From contig JAHRHZ010000022.1 of assembly GCA_024137785.1 (NCBI GenBank), positions 32,158,511 through 32,222,510 on the forward strand: a stretch of 64,000 nt of DNA. The letters run 5' to 3'. The notes beneath the pieces are model-generated. The model had not been told where the DNA came from. It did no database searches and saw only the letters and a list, made by a program, of their open reading frames with translations. The first letter of the stretch is position 1. Each line of letters begins with the position of its first letter. Of the stretch, positions 24,872 to 38,149 are shown one piece after another. A program made the translations under genes and the position numbers. Origin of the DNA: Ginglymostoma cirratum (Eukaryota).

Positions 24872-26387
24872 CAAAATCCAATTTCAATGAAGACAGGCAT
24901 CTCAAAGAACCATGCATGTGTCAAGCTGGGAATGTCCACAACCCTATCACTATGAAAGTTGGAAATATACATGCGAAGGCATGACTTATGACTCGAAGAG
25001 ATTTTTTTGTTGTTTTCACTGTAATGGGGAGGCTCTCAATTATGGCTTAAATCTGGGCCAGGAGTGGCAGAATTGAGCCATTACATTGCCATCTCTGCCA
25101 GGGGTTAGTAACTACAGTAAGTTTAACGAAGGTGTGTTCCTTTGGAAATCTCAACAGAGACATTTATTATGGCACAAAAATCTGATGAGAAAGAGTAATG
25201 TTTTGCTAATGTATGGTTTTAAATATTCTCTGTTGATTTTCCTAAATAAAACAGAGGATTTGTCAACATAGGCTGGTGTGAATAATGATCAAAATATGAC
25301 TATTTTTGAGCCGTGAAACAATGTTTCTTTAGATGATTTTATTTATTTTTCATTATTTTGACAGAAATTAACTTCTGTAGATGTAACATTGTAAGTGGTG
25401 TGCACATTTAAAAGTTGTAAAGAATTAATGAGGGCTTGAGATCTTAAAAGTTCATCCGCGGTTTTCTGATTATAACGAAATGTTCAACAACCAACAGTAT
25501 GCCTGTGCAGATAGTATTGTCTACAAAGCTTAACACAAATGCATCAACACTTAGGTTGATTTTACGTCATTCAGGTCATAAGCAAGAAGAGTTGCATATC
25601 TAATTGCAGTCTTTGACTCAACTTTGTTTACTTCAAAAATCATTTTCTGACTTTGTACCTGTTATATTTGGTGCGAATGTTCAGTTTCTAAATTGATGGC
25701 ATTTGTTTGACTTCCAGTGCATCTACGTCATATCCTTTACTTGCTATTTGGTGTGTATGTGTCTTAGATTTAAGTTCCTCAAAAAATGTTTTCTTCAGGC
25801 TTACTCCACAGTTACATCTCTGAAACTAATGGAGAATTTTGGATTGTGAGTTGTTTGAAATTCCCAAAACTTGGTCAGTTGCTGCTGCTTCTGCCAAGTC
25901 TAGTTATTGGTATGTTACTCTAGAGTAATGACAGCAGAGAGAAAGAAAATATTGAAGTAGGTGCTTAATGTCGATATTCTTCTGTCTCACTTACTTTTTG
26001 CATAGCCTTTCCTTTGGAAGTTAGTTCGATTGCCAGGATAAATGAGGGTGCATAACACTTTGAGGGGAGAAAGTGAATAGCCAACTGTCATGAGAACCAA
26101 TGAGATAGGAAAGAGAAGAGCCAAAGCCCTGTATTCAGAGTTTCACAAGCAAGTGAAGAAGTTTAAAAAAAAGCCTCAGAAATACTGATATTTGGATAAC
26201 ATACAATGCCGCACAATATTTAATTTAGGAGGAAGATAAACCAGATTCGTGCAGAGCTGAAGAAATGGTATGGGAAGGAGGCCTTCAGATCCCTGAGCAT
26301 TGCGATCAATCCTAGGGCAGGAGAAGCTCCTTGTAGGTAAATGAACTATACCTTATACCTTATATGAATTGTACCTGAATTATACCA

Positions 26388-26556
26388 GAGGTTGGTGGGG
26401 TGGTATGTGAGGACGAGGGGGATTCTGTTTTGGTTGTTATTGCGGGGAGGGGGTCAGCCTTCCTGCTCCTCTGATGCTGCTTGGCCTGCTGTGTTCATCC
26501 AGCTCTACACCTTGTTATCTCAGATTCTCCAGCATCTGCAGTTCCTACTATCTCTG
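26388..26556. mobile_element. Penelope-like element remnant: inverted ORF fragment joined to a terminal repeat
   Basis: Minus 26453 to 26388 translates PPPRNNNQNRIPLVLTYHPTNL (PLE region preceding the GIY-YIG domain). Plus 26453-26556 is the terminal repeat GTCAGCCTTCCTGCTCCTCTGATGCTGCTTGGCCTGCTG...CTATCTCTGG. Confidence 0.75.
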
Positions 26557-26627
26557 GTGCTAACAGCCACATTGTTTCAGAATGACCCACTGTTTCCACC
26601 TGCAGTGAAGTTGCTTGGTTGGAAGAA

Positions 26628-27382
26628 TGTTACACAGACTTGGTGTCCCCCAGCTCAGTAGGAGGCCAGAAAAACAGCGTGACAAGACAGCACTTGACAG
26701 CTGAAGGTTCAAAAACCATGCTCTGCAACATCCAAATTTGGAAATTACTCACCTCTTTGGATCTTCCTGTCCCCACCCGATGCTACACAGAATCTTTGAG
26801 AAGGGCTTGAAGAGGGAGATAAAAGGGGTAACCTACTGTCCAGCTCGCTCTCCTTTTTGCACCTTCTTCAACAGTGTCTTCAGAGAGCACCTTCAACTGG
26901 CAGCCGAGCGGCACAGCATCTCCAGCTCCTTGGACCTCGTAGTGAGCATCATCAGACTGACCAGACCCAGAGAGACCACCTTAGTGAGACAGCTCGAAGA
27001 CCAGACCAGCTCTAGACATGAGGAGAAGCCAAATTGATGACTGCAGATCCTGAAACATCAGCCAACCATCAAACACCAAGGAACAGCCTTATTGAATGGG
27101 TAGTACCAGTCTTTTCAGACAAACAGTTCAAATACAGCAGTCGGGACCTGTGGGTAGGGAACAGCGAATCCTCGGAAGCACATATCATAAGTAGATTGCT
27201 AGTGTGGACTTAAGACTGTTTACTGAAGAATCCTGTGAAGAGATTGATAGAGTTTTGATCGAGTTTAATTAAAGTACAATAATAGGATCTGGTTAGTATT
27301 GTTTTTCTTTGATGCAGTGTTCAAAAAAGTTGTGTTGGACCTTCCCCTGACTCTTGTTCCCTGTCTATCTCACCATGTGACA
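26628..27382 (+). mobile_element. Possible solo LTR
   Basis: Starts TGTTAC and ends GTGACA (TG...CA with a short imperfect inverted repeat), 755 bp, non-coding. No TSD seen. Confidence 0.35.
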
Positions 27383-27389
27383 CACCTGG

Positions 27390-28700
27390 ATTAAAAAAGG
27401 GTTACTGCAAACTGGCCAAGGTTAGTCAGGCTACATTTACCAACTTTTTGCTTTACAACAGTGGGTACGCATTCTTTATGTAACTGGTGAGCAACATTAA
27501 TCAAGACTGATTGCTCTTTATGATATTGTTGGTTTCTAGGTGTTTTTCGATGATATATTTGAATAAAAATTGCAACCTGCAATCAGTAATAAGCTTCTTG
27601 ATCTATAGTTCCTTGGGTTTATTCTGTCTTTGTTTTCGAATATGGGAATAAGATTAGCTTCAAATTCCAGGCCCTTGGCATTATTCCATTTCTAATAATA
27701 TATTACTTTCACTTTCTCTCTCCTGATATCTTTTTGAATGAGCTGAAGCATTGGGGTTTTAACCTCCATAAGTTTGTCTAGTTTATCAATTATACCCTTC
27801 CTTTCAATCTTAAATGTCTTGATGGTCTTTCTTTCCTTCTCATGCCAAATCCCCCTTTTAAGTCCCACTGGTAAATACTGCAGCAAGGTAATTATTCAAT
27901 ATTGGTGCCATTTCACTGTCATTATTAAAGAGTTTATCTTGCACACTCCTCAGTGACCCTATCCCAATATTAATTTTCTTTTTGTTATTTACGTCTCTGT
28001 GGAATACTTTACTATTTATTCTGTAATCTTTGTTAATTTAATTCCTGTGTTCCACTCTGACATCCAAATTTTACATCTTCCTGAACCTTTTTTCATTTCC
28101 TTTTGTCATTTTCACCTTTACTGTCAAAGCACTTAATGTACATTTTTTAAAAAAATTCAGTTTTACCCCTATCTCTTTGAATGAAAGTAATGTTTCATTA
28201 TTGGCTAGTCTGTCTTTGATTGTAACCAAATAGATTTCTCTTCAGTGTTCCTGATGATCTTCTAATGCAGTTCTATCACTTGGTCCATGTTTACTTTTCT
28301 GATTTCCCTAATCTATCCTCATCCGCTCAGAATCAGTTTATATTCCAGTCTATTACTTTGATCTCTGTCTTACTTAGGTCTCTCCCAATTATTATTAAAA
28401 CATCATTGGGATTGCTATTATTGAGTTATACCCCCATGCTTCCTTCCCTTAGCTGTTCTGATTCATTTCTCGTTTCTAAAATTTTACTCATACAGTCAAC
28501 GTAACTCATTTTTTTGCTCTAATTCACAAGTTACCCTCACTATTCACTCTTCTTGTATTCTTCCAAATACTTATCAAGATAAGTGTGTAGTGACACAACA
28601 TAGACATGACCAGTATTCATGGTGTAATCTTGTTAACCACTTGCTAGTTACTTTACCTATCAATTAAGATTTTACAATTCTACAGAATCAACAAATCTAA
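27390..28700 (-). mobile_element. Ancient CR1 ORF2 relic
   Basis: Minus ORFs contain GKCSLTNL (compare GRSCLTNL) and IIDKLDKLMEVKTP (compare LKVDKSPG). Confidence 0.55.
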
Positions 28701-30369
28701 TAAATATTACCTCTTCTGTGCCTCATTTAAGCTCTTAAAGAAGCTTACTTACTTAAATATTTTCAAACTGTCTGTTCTTAATGTCTTTGTTTCCCTATGA
28801 TTACAAATAATTTTGTCGATTCGGTCCTTACTTTTAATTCATATTTCACGTCTGTCATATTTTCAATTGAACCTAGTGGCTCCTTTTAAATAACTTAGAC
28901 TGCTGTCTTAATTAAGTCAGAGTATATATTGAAAACACTGGGCCATTTGATATTAACTCGAGCAAATCTTATCTTCTAGCCATTTCCACAACTCTCACTG
29001 TTGTTGAATGTTCCAAGTAAAACTTTCCAATAAGTCCCTGAGAATAGCAGGATGTCATTCTCAACGTCACTATCTGAAAATGATTTTAAACAAATGCAAT
29101 ACTACCTGAAGTAAATGGCAAGACCATCTCTGGCATCTGAAAAAAAAGAGACTTCCAGGCTAGTCACTGCTAAGTATGAATTGGCTGACCACAGATCCTC
29201 CAGCTTTGCGGGACCGTTTAGGGAGAATGAAAAATTACTTCCAATTACTTCTTGGCTCTGTTGAATTTAACTGATACTATCCCACGTGGTCTCTTGTCAA
29301 TCAAATCAGATCCAGCTAGAATTTGATTTCATGATCTTCTGTATTCTTGCAAGCTCGTGTTTGCTTTCTAGACAGGTCTTTCTAATGCTTACTTGCATAG
29401 GTGTCAGGGTAGAGAACATAAAGCTTGCCTCAATTTCCCTCATTTTCTATACTTCCTACTCCAGTCCTGTTTCCAGCAAAAGAGTATCGCAGTGGAATCC
29501 CAAAGTAAACAAAAATGGAAACATTTCATCACAGAAGTACAAATAATTGGATCGAGTCACATTTTGGCAAATTATCGGTTTCAACAAGTTTCATGAAGGG
29601 CTTTTCTCCATGAGGCCTAGTTCTCTCGTGCTATTGTTCCAATCTTGTCTCATTAACTGCCTACTTTCTGCACATGATGCCCCCATGATCCAAGGCGAGC
29701 CGGATGCTATCACTCGCCAAATTTGGAAGAACTAGACACTTCTGGGATATCCCAGAATACAGCGATGTCCCTGGTGCCTGTGCCATCTTTAAAAGGCTGT
29801 GTGCTCCTGGGACAAGTACTGTCAGTCTCGAGCTGCCCAACATGGCGTCCAAGATGGAGAACCACAGGAGCAAGTGGTGAGCTGGAGTCACCAGTTACTT
29901 GCTCATCTGTGTCAAAGCACTCATTCACACCTTTGTTACCTCTAAACTTGATATTCCAATGCTCTCATGCTGTTCATGCAGTTCATATCCTAACTTGCAC
30001 CAAGCTCCTCTATTAGTTCCTGGCTCGACAATGCCTCCACTTTAAAATGTTCATCTTTGTTTCCATCCACTTCCTCTTTCTGTGATTTCCTCCAACCGTA
30101 CAAACCTTGGTGATCTCCAGACTGCTCCAATTCTGGTCTTTTGTACAATCCTTATTTTAATTGTTCCCCATAGCTTTTCATGCTCTCAGATGCCTAGGCA
30201 CTAAACTCTGTCGAGTCCCCTTTCTATGGCTGTCTCTGCTTTTAACGCAGTGCTTAACATCTGTTTATTTGACCAAGTTTTTGTTCATCTGTGTTAATAT
30301 TTCATTATGTGATTAGGTGTTTAATTTTATTTGATTTTACTGCAAAGAGTGATTTTAATATGTTAAAGG

Positions 30370-30950
30370 CTTCAGCTAATCATCATACTTATCAAAGACT
30401 TAGATGATGAAACAGAAAATTAGACTGCTAGATTTGCCACTGACAAAAAAAAATTGATAGCATTGCCAGCAGTATAGCTAGAAATGCAGTATTAATAAAG
30501 GAAAATAGAATGCTAAATGAATGGGCTAAACTGTGTCAAATGGATTTCAATGTAGGTAAGTATGATGTCATCCATTTTGGACCCAAAAGGGTTAGGACAA
30601 ACAGGTACAGAAAGTAAACAAAAAGGCAAATGCAATGCAGGTGTTTGTATGCAGAGTCTACAATACAAAGGGGTAGAGATCATTGTACAATGCCTTAGTG
30701 AGGTCATACCTGAAGGAGGACTGTCTAGGATCGTAGACAATAGGATATGATAGCTTTTGACAGACTGAAGCCTGGATTTACCAACAGATTGTCTGAACAT
30801 CAAAGATTGAATTACGAAGAGAGATTACACAAATGAGGGTTCCATCTCCAGAAATTTAAAAGGCGAAGTGATTACTTGATCACAGTTCTGAAGGTATTGA
30901 GGGAAATGAAAGGAGGGGATGGCCTGAGGGATAAGTTTACATGATATGAA
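30370..30950 (+). mobile_element. Ancient CR1 RT relic, host for the younger CR1 at 30965
   Basis: DLDDETE..ARFATDKK (decayed KFADDTK) and EWAKLCQMDFNVGK segments. Confidence 0.55.
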
Positions 30951-30964
30951 CTGCTGCAGTTCAA

Positions 30965-31945
30965 GAAGATAGAAACATAGAAGATAGGAGCGGGAGGAGG
31001 CCATTTGGCCCTTCAAGCCCGCTCCAAATTTGTCACAGTTATGGCTGATCATTCAACACAATAGCCTAATCCCGCTTTCCCCCCTTAACCTTTGATCCCA
31101 TTCACCCCAAGGGCGATATCTAGTTGCCTCTTGAATATATTCAATGTTTTGGAAGCAACTACTTCCTGTGGTAATGAATTCCACAGGCTCACCACTCTCT
31201 GGGTGAAGAAATGTCTCCTCATCTCTGTGCTAAATGGTCTACCCTCAATCCTCAGACTGTGACCCCTGGTTCTGGGCACACCCACCATCGGGAGCATCGT
31301 CCTTGCATCGACCCTGTCTAGTCCTGTTAGAATTTTATAAGTCTCAATGAGATCCTCCTCACTTGTCTGAACTCCAGCAAAAACAATCCTAACCTAGTCA
31401 ATCTCTCCTCATACGTCAGACTGGCCAATCCTGGAATTGGCCTGGTAAACCTTTGCTGCACTTTCTCGAGTGCAAGAGCATCCTTCCTCAGAAAAGGAGA
31501 CCAAAACTGCACACAATATTCCAGGTGTGGTCTCACCACAGCCCTGTAGAACTGCAACACATTCCTGCTCCTGTACTTGAAACAACTCGCGATGAAGGCC
31601 AACTTACCATTTGCCTTCTTTACCGCCTGCTGCACCACGTACTTAGCTTCAGCGACTGGTGCACAAGGACACCCAGGTCCCGCTGCAAACTCTCCTGTCC
31701 CAATTTACAGCCATTCAGGTAGTAATCTGCTTTCTTGTTTCTGCTTCTGAAGTGAATAACCTCACACTTATCCAAATTATACTGCATCTGCCGTTGATTT
31801 GCCCACTCACCCGACCTGTCGAGATCATGCTGAAGGATCTCTGCAACGTCATCACAGTTTACCCTCCTCCCCACCCAACTTGGTATAATCTGCTTGGAGA
31901 TGTTACATTTGTTCCGTCATCCAAAGCATTAATATATAATGTCTT
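30965..31945 (-). mobile_element. CR1 LINE, 3' portion
   Basis: Minus ORFs contain LQHDLDRSGEWANQRQMQYNLDKCEVIHF, YRAVVRPHLEYCVQFWSP and RTRGHSLRI..FFTQRVVSLWNSLP. The 3' tail is at about 30965-31030. Confidence 0.94.
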
Positions 31946-33583
31946 ACCTATTGTTGCTGCAAACTGCAGTTGAACAATTTTTGCTGAAATGAAAGAGGTT
32001 TGGGACTTTATATTTTACCCTCATTATCCTTTCTTACGCACACGCAACATAAATGAAATGGGTAGCTCTACAGCCAGCAGCCAGACTGGAATTTATTTGA
32101 TATATGCACTGAATTGGAACTGAAGGTATTAAGAAATATAAAACAAAGGTGACAGGTCAGTCAAGTCATTAAAAGACTTGAACAGACCTGATGGGATAAA
32201 TGTCCTTCAACAGTTGCTATGTTCCAAAGTTCAAAGTACCCAATGCCATTATGTTTACCTGTTCAAGGGAGGCTGTTCTGACTTTGGGTGATCATCCTTG
32301 AGAGTCAATATCATCCTATGCAAGCTTTATTTAAATCTGGCAGGTGGGCTGCAAACCTCCAAACATGAGTGTTGGTACAACATTGAGCCAGAGCAGCCTC
32401 TAGAGAGGTATGTTCTTTGGGTCACAATGCTGTCAAATCAGGGTGTGGTTAGGATGACAGCAGCTGGATTATTTTGGAACCAAAACTCCACATTGAAAAT
32501 TATCTATTGCCCAAAGAAATGGGTTAATACTTTGCACACCTAATGGTCAACATATTTCAAATGGAACCAGTTACTGAGGCAGCTCATTCCATTTACCCAC
32601 TGTGACTTCATTTCAAAGCTTGAAAATCATCACAAGCCCTCAATGACAGCTGAGGGAGCAGGGTGGAGAAGACCTGAAGGGTGGGGGAACAACAAGACAT
32701 GAGACCAGGTGTAAAGGACAACACAACTCTGTGAGAAGCATTGCTCCCCCAGAGCTCACAACTCCAAAATTTCACCTTCCGATTCCCCTTTGGAGTCTTG
32801 ATCCCTGCTTTGGAAAACACTGTGGTAAAGTTGCTGATTCCATTTTGAGGCCATTGCTTCCCATTAACTGACAATGAATTCAAAACCCAACATCAAAGGT
32901 TCCAGTGACAGCAGAATCCTGGCCCAACTCTCACTTTTACAGAACATGGGCAGAGGTGAAGGTTGGGATTAATCCACTGCCCTAGAAGAGAGGTCTTGGG
33001 TCATATGTAAATGATGCTGAGCAACTTCTTATCCATTCCCACTGGGAAGCAAAGAGGCGGGAGCAGAAAATCATATTTTAGCTTTTGGGCAGCTCACATA
33101 GGAAAAGCTCGAAATCTTAGGCTGTTGCATTTCCAGCTGATGCCTGAATGGTAAAGAGGCAAGTGATGTTGACCCAAAAGAGGAGGCATGGTGATCAGGT
33201 GGGGATGGTGGCAAAACTTGGCAGGTGATCTGGAAGGCGTCAAGGCAGACGCACATAGTTGATAACTGTGGCCCACAGTCTTAACGTGAAATTGAAACTC
33301 ATTGAGACACATTCTTATATTTCCTGCTTTCACGTTCTGAGGAGAATTTTCTTTTGGAGCTTCCCTTTATTATAGAGGCTTACAGCAGTCCGCTGAAGTT
33401 TAAGCTGAATGTTGGCCTGGATCCCCTGAGCAATGGTGCCCTCGTGCTGGCTGTTGTAAAGTGACTCAGCTTGGACTGGCACAAGGTCACTTATTTGCAT
33501 GTGAAAACATCTGATGTCTGTTTAAGGAACCTATTGTTTGTTTTACTGATTTTTGGCACAGATTTGACCTTTCAACAGTTCCA

Positions 33584-33716
33584 AGTTCTGAGGAAGGGTA
33601 CTCGACCTGAAACTTTAACTGACTTCCCTCCACAGCTATTGCCAGACCTGCTCAGCTTTTCCAGCAATTTCTGTTTTTGTTTCTGATTTACAGCATCTGT
33701 AGTTCTTTTGTTTTCT
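33584..33716 (+). mobile_element. Penelope-like terminal repeat with hammerhead core
   Basis: AGTT CTGAGGA (33588-33594) AGGGT-actcg-ACCT GAAAC (33609-33613) TTT AACT, with stem I formed by AGTT/AACT. The family tail follows. Confidence 0.75.
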
Positions 33717-36167
33717 GCATAAGCTTTGTGTTGCCGTCCTTTAATGAGAAAGTTCTGAAAGAAATAGAAATGTTTATTCTGATTAAGCTTAGGTTTGTGG
33801 GAGCATTGTGCTGTTCTGTTCAACACGCTGTCATTAGGAAATGCATCATTTTGCACTTGTTTTGAAAATACACAGCAAATTGCCACCAATAGGATTGATT
33901 TTCAGCTGCCACACAATCTGCCTCTGTTCCCTACACTCCAATGCTCACAGACATTTTATGTCCATTGTCTGGATAATGCCTCTTTGGCTGCACTTCCATC
34001 TGTTTTTGCTAATGCACGTAGTAAAAACTAATCTTCTGAAAGGTTTTTCAGGAGGTAGTAACCTTGAGCTCTTTTTGTTTAAGCACAAAAAACATAATCC
34101 TTCAGTTGTTTAAGGAACCTACTCTGCACCATTAGTTGAATGTAGCATAATCAATAATCACAAAATTTGACAAACCAAGTTTAAACTCTGCATTTACCAA
34201 AGCAAATGCAGAACTGCTACTTTTCAAATGACACTTTGACATTTGAAATGAAGAAACGCTCATCCAAAAAAGTGTTCGCTATTTTTAATATTGCATTACT
34301 TGGAAGTTACGATGAACCGATCGGATCATGCAATTGCTTATTCTGCTTGGAAAAGCACATTTCTTCTTTCACCAAACAATTTCACCCACCCCTCACCCTC
34401 ATTGCCTATTATGGAAATTTTCTCATTATGTCAGTAATTTCATAATACCACACTATGCATTCACTAGAGTCCATCTCTCATTGATTTAAATGGGATTCTA
34501 AATGCAGTCTCGGTTTAGAAGAGTTCCATTTTGCATGAAAATCATTAGATCATGGAGCCTAGCTCATGCCGCAAGCCCTGCAGTGGAATAACATCACAAC
34601 TTAAAATGAACACCATTACTCAGAATAGCTAGAATAGTCTGAATGCATGTGAATAACAGGTGCCTGGCTTTACTGATATATTAATTCACTTTATTTTTGT
34701 GACAGTTATATTAATCTCGTATTGATACTTTTACCTTGCATAAGTATTGGCATTTTCAATGGCGTAAAGACATCACTTACATTATCCCATTCACTGGTAG
34801 AGTCTCAGTTGAAATAAAGTTTAACAGTTTGCTTTTAATTAGAAAAGTGCACAGGTGTAACAAATACCAGAAATAGACTTGCTTTTGGAAAAGTACAGCT
34901 AATTCTTAAACATGCAACAAAGGATGGATCTGAAAGAAGCTGGCAGCATGGAGTGGGGTCTCCACATTTGATCTTGTAGAGATCCCCCAGGCTAAGTAAC
35001 AAGTGCTAACCTCGTCACCAAGTAGCCATCAATAAATTCTCATTCACAGAAATTTTATATCTCTAAGCTCAATCAGTCAACACAGAATTTATATTGTATA
35101 TACTTTTGCCTAAAATGCATCACATTGATTTCTAGTTAATTATATAATTTATGTTTTTAAATATGTAACTTATTATATTTAATTTTAACTATTTTAAAAG
35201 ATTATTCATTCCTTTTCTTACTGTAAAACTTCATCCGGATGTTGTGGACCATGGATTGCACTGTTGTTGGCCTGAATGCCCATTGTTAACTACAAGCAGG
35301 CATACCACTAGTCTGCCAGACTTTCAATCCCTTTTTGTTTGGCATACTCCGACACACAGACACAGAGATACATAGACCTCAGTTTTGCCACCTAGCTGCA
35401 CATCAGTGAAACTTGGCCAAAAAGGGTGGCAAAGTTCGAACAACATCTGAGATTGTGACTCACATTTTCAGCCCCCTATTGGGAGTCCATCATTCAGCTG
35501 AGCTTCCCTATAATTGTGATAATTCTCTTTTCTTTAATGTGTTACTTTTAAAATGAATAATCATGATAATCATAATTAGATAAGCATTAGAGTTTAGAGA
35601 ACCATAACGTACAATATGTTGTGATACTGCTCAATGATTATTGTGCTATCTAAGAATTATCTGTGTTGATTACTTCCCTTGAACAATGATTTAGGGTGGA
35701 AGGCAAATTATGGCTTTTGGATCTTTCTGCGCTCAGTCCTACAGCCTTCAGTCTGAGGCTCCAAAGCACAATACGATTATGTTTTTGGCAATGCTGTCCA
35801 TCTATTTTTGATATGAAGTAAAATCAATATATTCCGTGTTGAAATAAACTGGGTCATTTTGTAGGAAACTTCAGAAAATACAGCTGTCTATTTCTATTAA
35901 TAACAATCGTAAGTAAAATTAGCTAAGAATTAGTTGAGCTGTTCTTCTCCTCTCAGTCTCCCATTCCGTTCTGTAACGGCGTAACATCACGTTAAAATTT
36001 ATGGGATACTATGAAATTTCACAAATCTCCACGTGACGTAAGGTACAATTTGAATGAAGTTAGTTATTTGTTTTGTGCTAGTAGGTAGCTTTCACTATTG
36101 GATTCAGTTTTTTGGTGCAAGGAGGTTGATATCATCAGAACGAACCACCTCAGTGGAATGTAAAGCT

Positions 36168-36250
36168 CAGAAGTCACACAACACCAAGTGATAGTTGAAC
36201 AGGTTTATTTGAAACAAGCTATCGGAGAGCTGCTCCTTCATCAGGTGACT
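36168..36250 (-). mobile_element. Penelope-like terminal repeat (distinct subfamily) with mutated hammerhead
   Basis: Minus strand reads CAC CTGATGA (36244 to 36238) A GGAG-cagct-CTCC GATA GCTT GTTTCAAATAAACCTGTT...GGTGTTGTGTGACTTC. Confidence 0.7.
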
Positions 36251-36259
36251 TTGAGCCAA

Positions 36260-36525
36260 CAGAGAGGGTGCCCATGGTGCCCAGTGATTCTGTTTGGTTA
36301 AGGCTCCTTGATATTGCATGTAGTTAAATGTGACCTTGATGTCAAGGGCTGTCACTCTCACCTCACCTCTGGAATTCAGCTCTTTTGTCCATGTATGAAG
36401 AAAATCTGCAATGATGTCAGGAGTTGGGTGGCCCTGGCAGAACCCAAACTGGATGTCACTGAGCAGGTGCTATTGATTACATTGTCGCTGACACCTACCA
36501 TCACTGAATTGATGATTGAGGGTAG
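36260..36525 (-). mobile_element. LINE reverse transcriptase fragment
   Basis: Minus ORF 36167-36361 begins MRVTALDIKVTFNYMQYQGALTK (compare ALDIKAAFDRVWHQGAL). Confidence 0.65.
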
Positions 36526-38149
36526 AACTTTTCTTTCTTAGCTTCTTAATTTGTTCTTTGAACGTCATCACTCAGTCAAATGTTGTACTGATATATACCA
36601 GACACTCGTATGGACCGGATTTCACTTCCTGGTGGGACGGACAACAGATCTGGGTGCAATCTGAAACTCATGCTCCCAAGGGGTAGGATTTTAGGATCCA
36701 ATCACTTCTGGCATGCATCACAGTTTTCAAAGTGAGCCACTGGTCTCCAATCTCCCTGGCAACTCCTTGATGGGTCAGAAAGTTGAAAGCTTAAAAATGC
36801 TGAATCTGAACTGTCTGGTGCTCAAAGGAAGCAGATGTCAAAATGTTGCATTTTTAAAGTGGGGTGTTCTTATGCTGGTTCATGTGTTTTACCTTTCATT
36901 TGGCTGTTTGGCCTCTCAATGCTCAGTGCCTCCTCTCTTCTGTAATTAGATAGGATGAGTAATGTAGTTGGGTTGGCAAGAGCATAGATGAGTGTTGATG
37001 GGTGATTTTGTGGGTGCGTGGGCTGTGACACTAAGCTTTGGACAGTTTATTCCACTGAGTATGTCACCATCTCAAAATATAAGAAAGGCAAATTCTTAAA
37101 TGTTGTGTCCTTTTTCTAAATTTTTTACTCATTTTAACAGGAGTGCATGTCGGCTCAGAATGGTGTAAGCAGCTGGCAGAGCTACAGAAATGTAGATCTA
37201 TCATTTTGAAAAAATGTAAAAGCAGTCCTTGATTGTTAATTTCACAATTTGTCCACATCCATAAGCTTCTTGGGCAGAAGCAAGCTCAGTCCCCAGTTGG
37301 CTGCCTTTCCACAATTGGCACTCGATTACCCATGAGTCCATTGGGACGTGGCAAAATTGTAGAGAAACACGTTGGATTAGCCCTGTGAAACATTTCTGCT
37401 GCCAGGGCATTTTACCGACAGCGAGTCCGAAGGCAAAAAGACTACTTGATTCCTGTTAGGGTGAATTTACAATTGTCTCCAGCTATCTTGCTGGGAGTGG
37501 AACGATACTCCACCATGTGAAGGGGCTGACAGCAAAATGGAGGTTGCCTCCCAATTTGCAGCACAGTGGGAATATTTTATTCAACCTGGTAAGAATGATG
37601 GATAGGACAAGCAGCTCTTAAGGCCCCAAAGATTTCCTTGGATGAGTTTCCCCTCCAACAATGTGATTGTACTGAAAATATTTTCACCCATATGCTGTAT
37701 CCAGGGGTCTCCGGCCAACCTCAAAATTTCTCTCATTCGCATTGCCGAGCTGCCACACGTCTGACTGGATTGGTCATTTCTAGGGTTGGGCCAGTGCCCT
37801 TAATATGACAGTAACCCTGGTTGGAGCCATTTAATTGACTCTGACCTGTGCACCATCCACTGTTATTTGTTGGAAGATGGCTAATTTGTTGGAAAATGGC
37901 TAGTTTGTTGTCCACACTTCCAAAAGTGGCAACATTTCTTTGCAATATTCTGAGGTATTAAATTGTATTACGAATCACATTTTCTTCCTTTCTTTGGAAG
38001 TACTGGAACAGAGTATAAGAAGAATAATGATGATTTTTATTTGCAACATTTCTTAGTCCATAATTAGATTCTTGTGGCACGTCACAACAGAAAGACCATT
38101 AAAGCAATGTAGATATAAACCATTAATTGTAAATAATAAATTCACCAGA

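Noticed and set aside
21430-26810. Peptide match TCQHLSAEGSQ (minus ORF 21430-21729) versus TRQHLTAEGSK (plus ORF 26619-26810)
   Set aside because: Similarity does not extend beyond about 10 residues, and a match of this size is expected by chance among this many ORFs.
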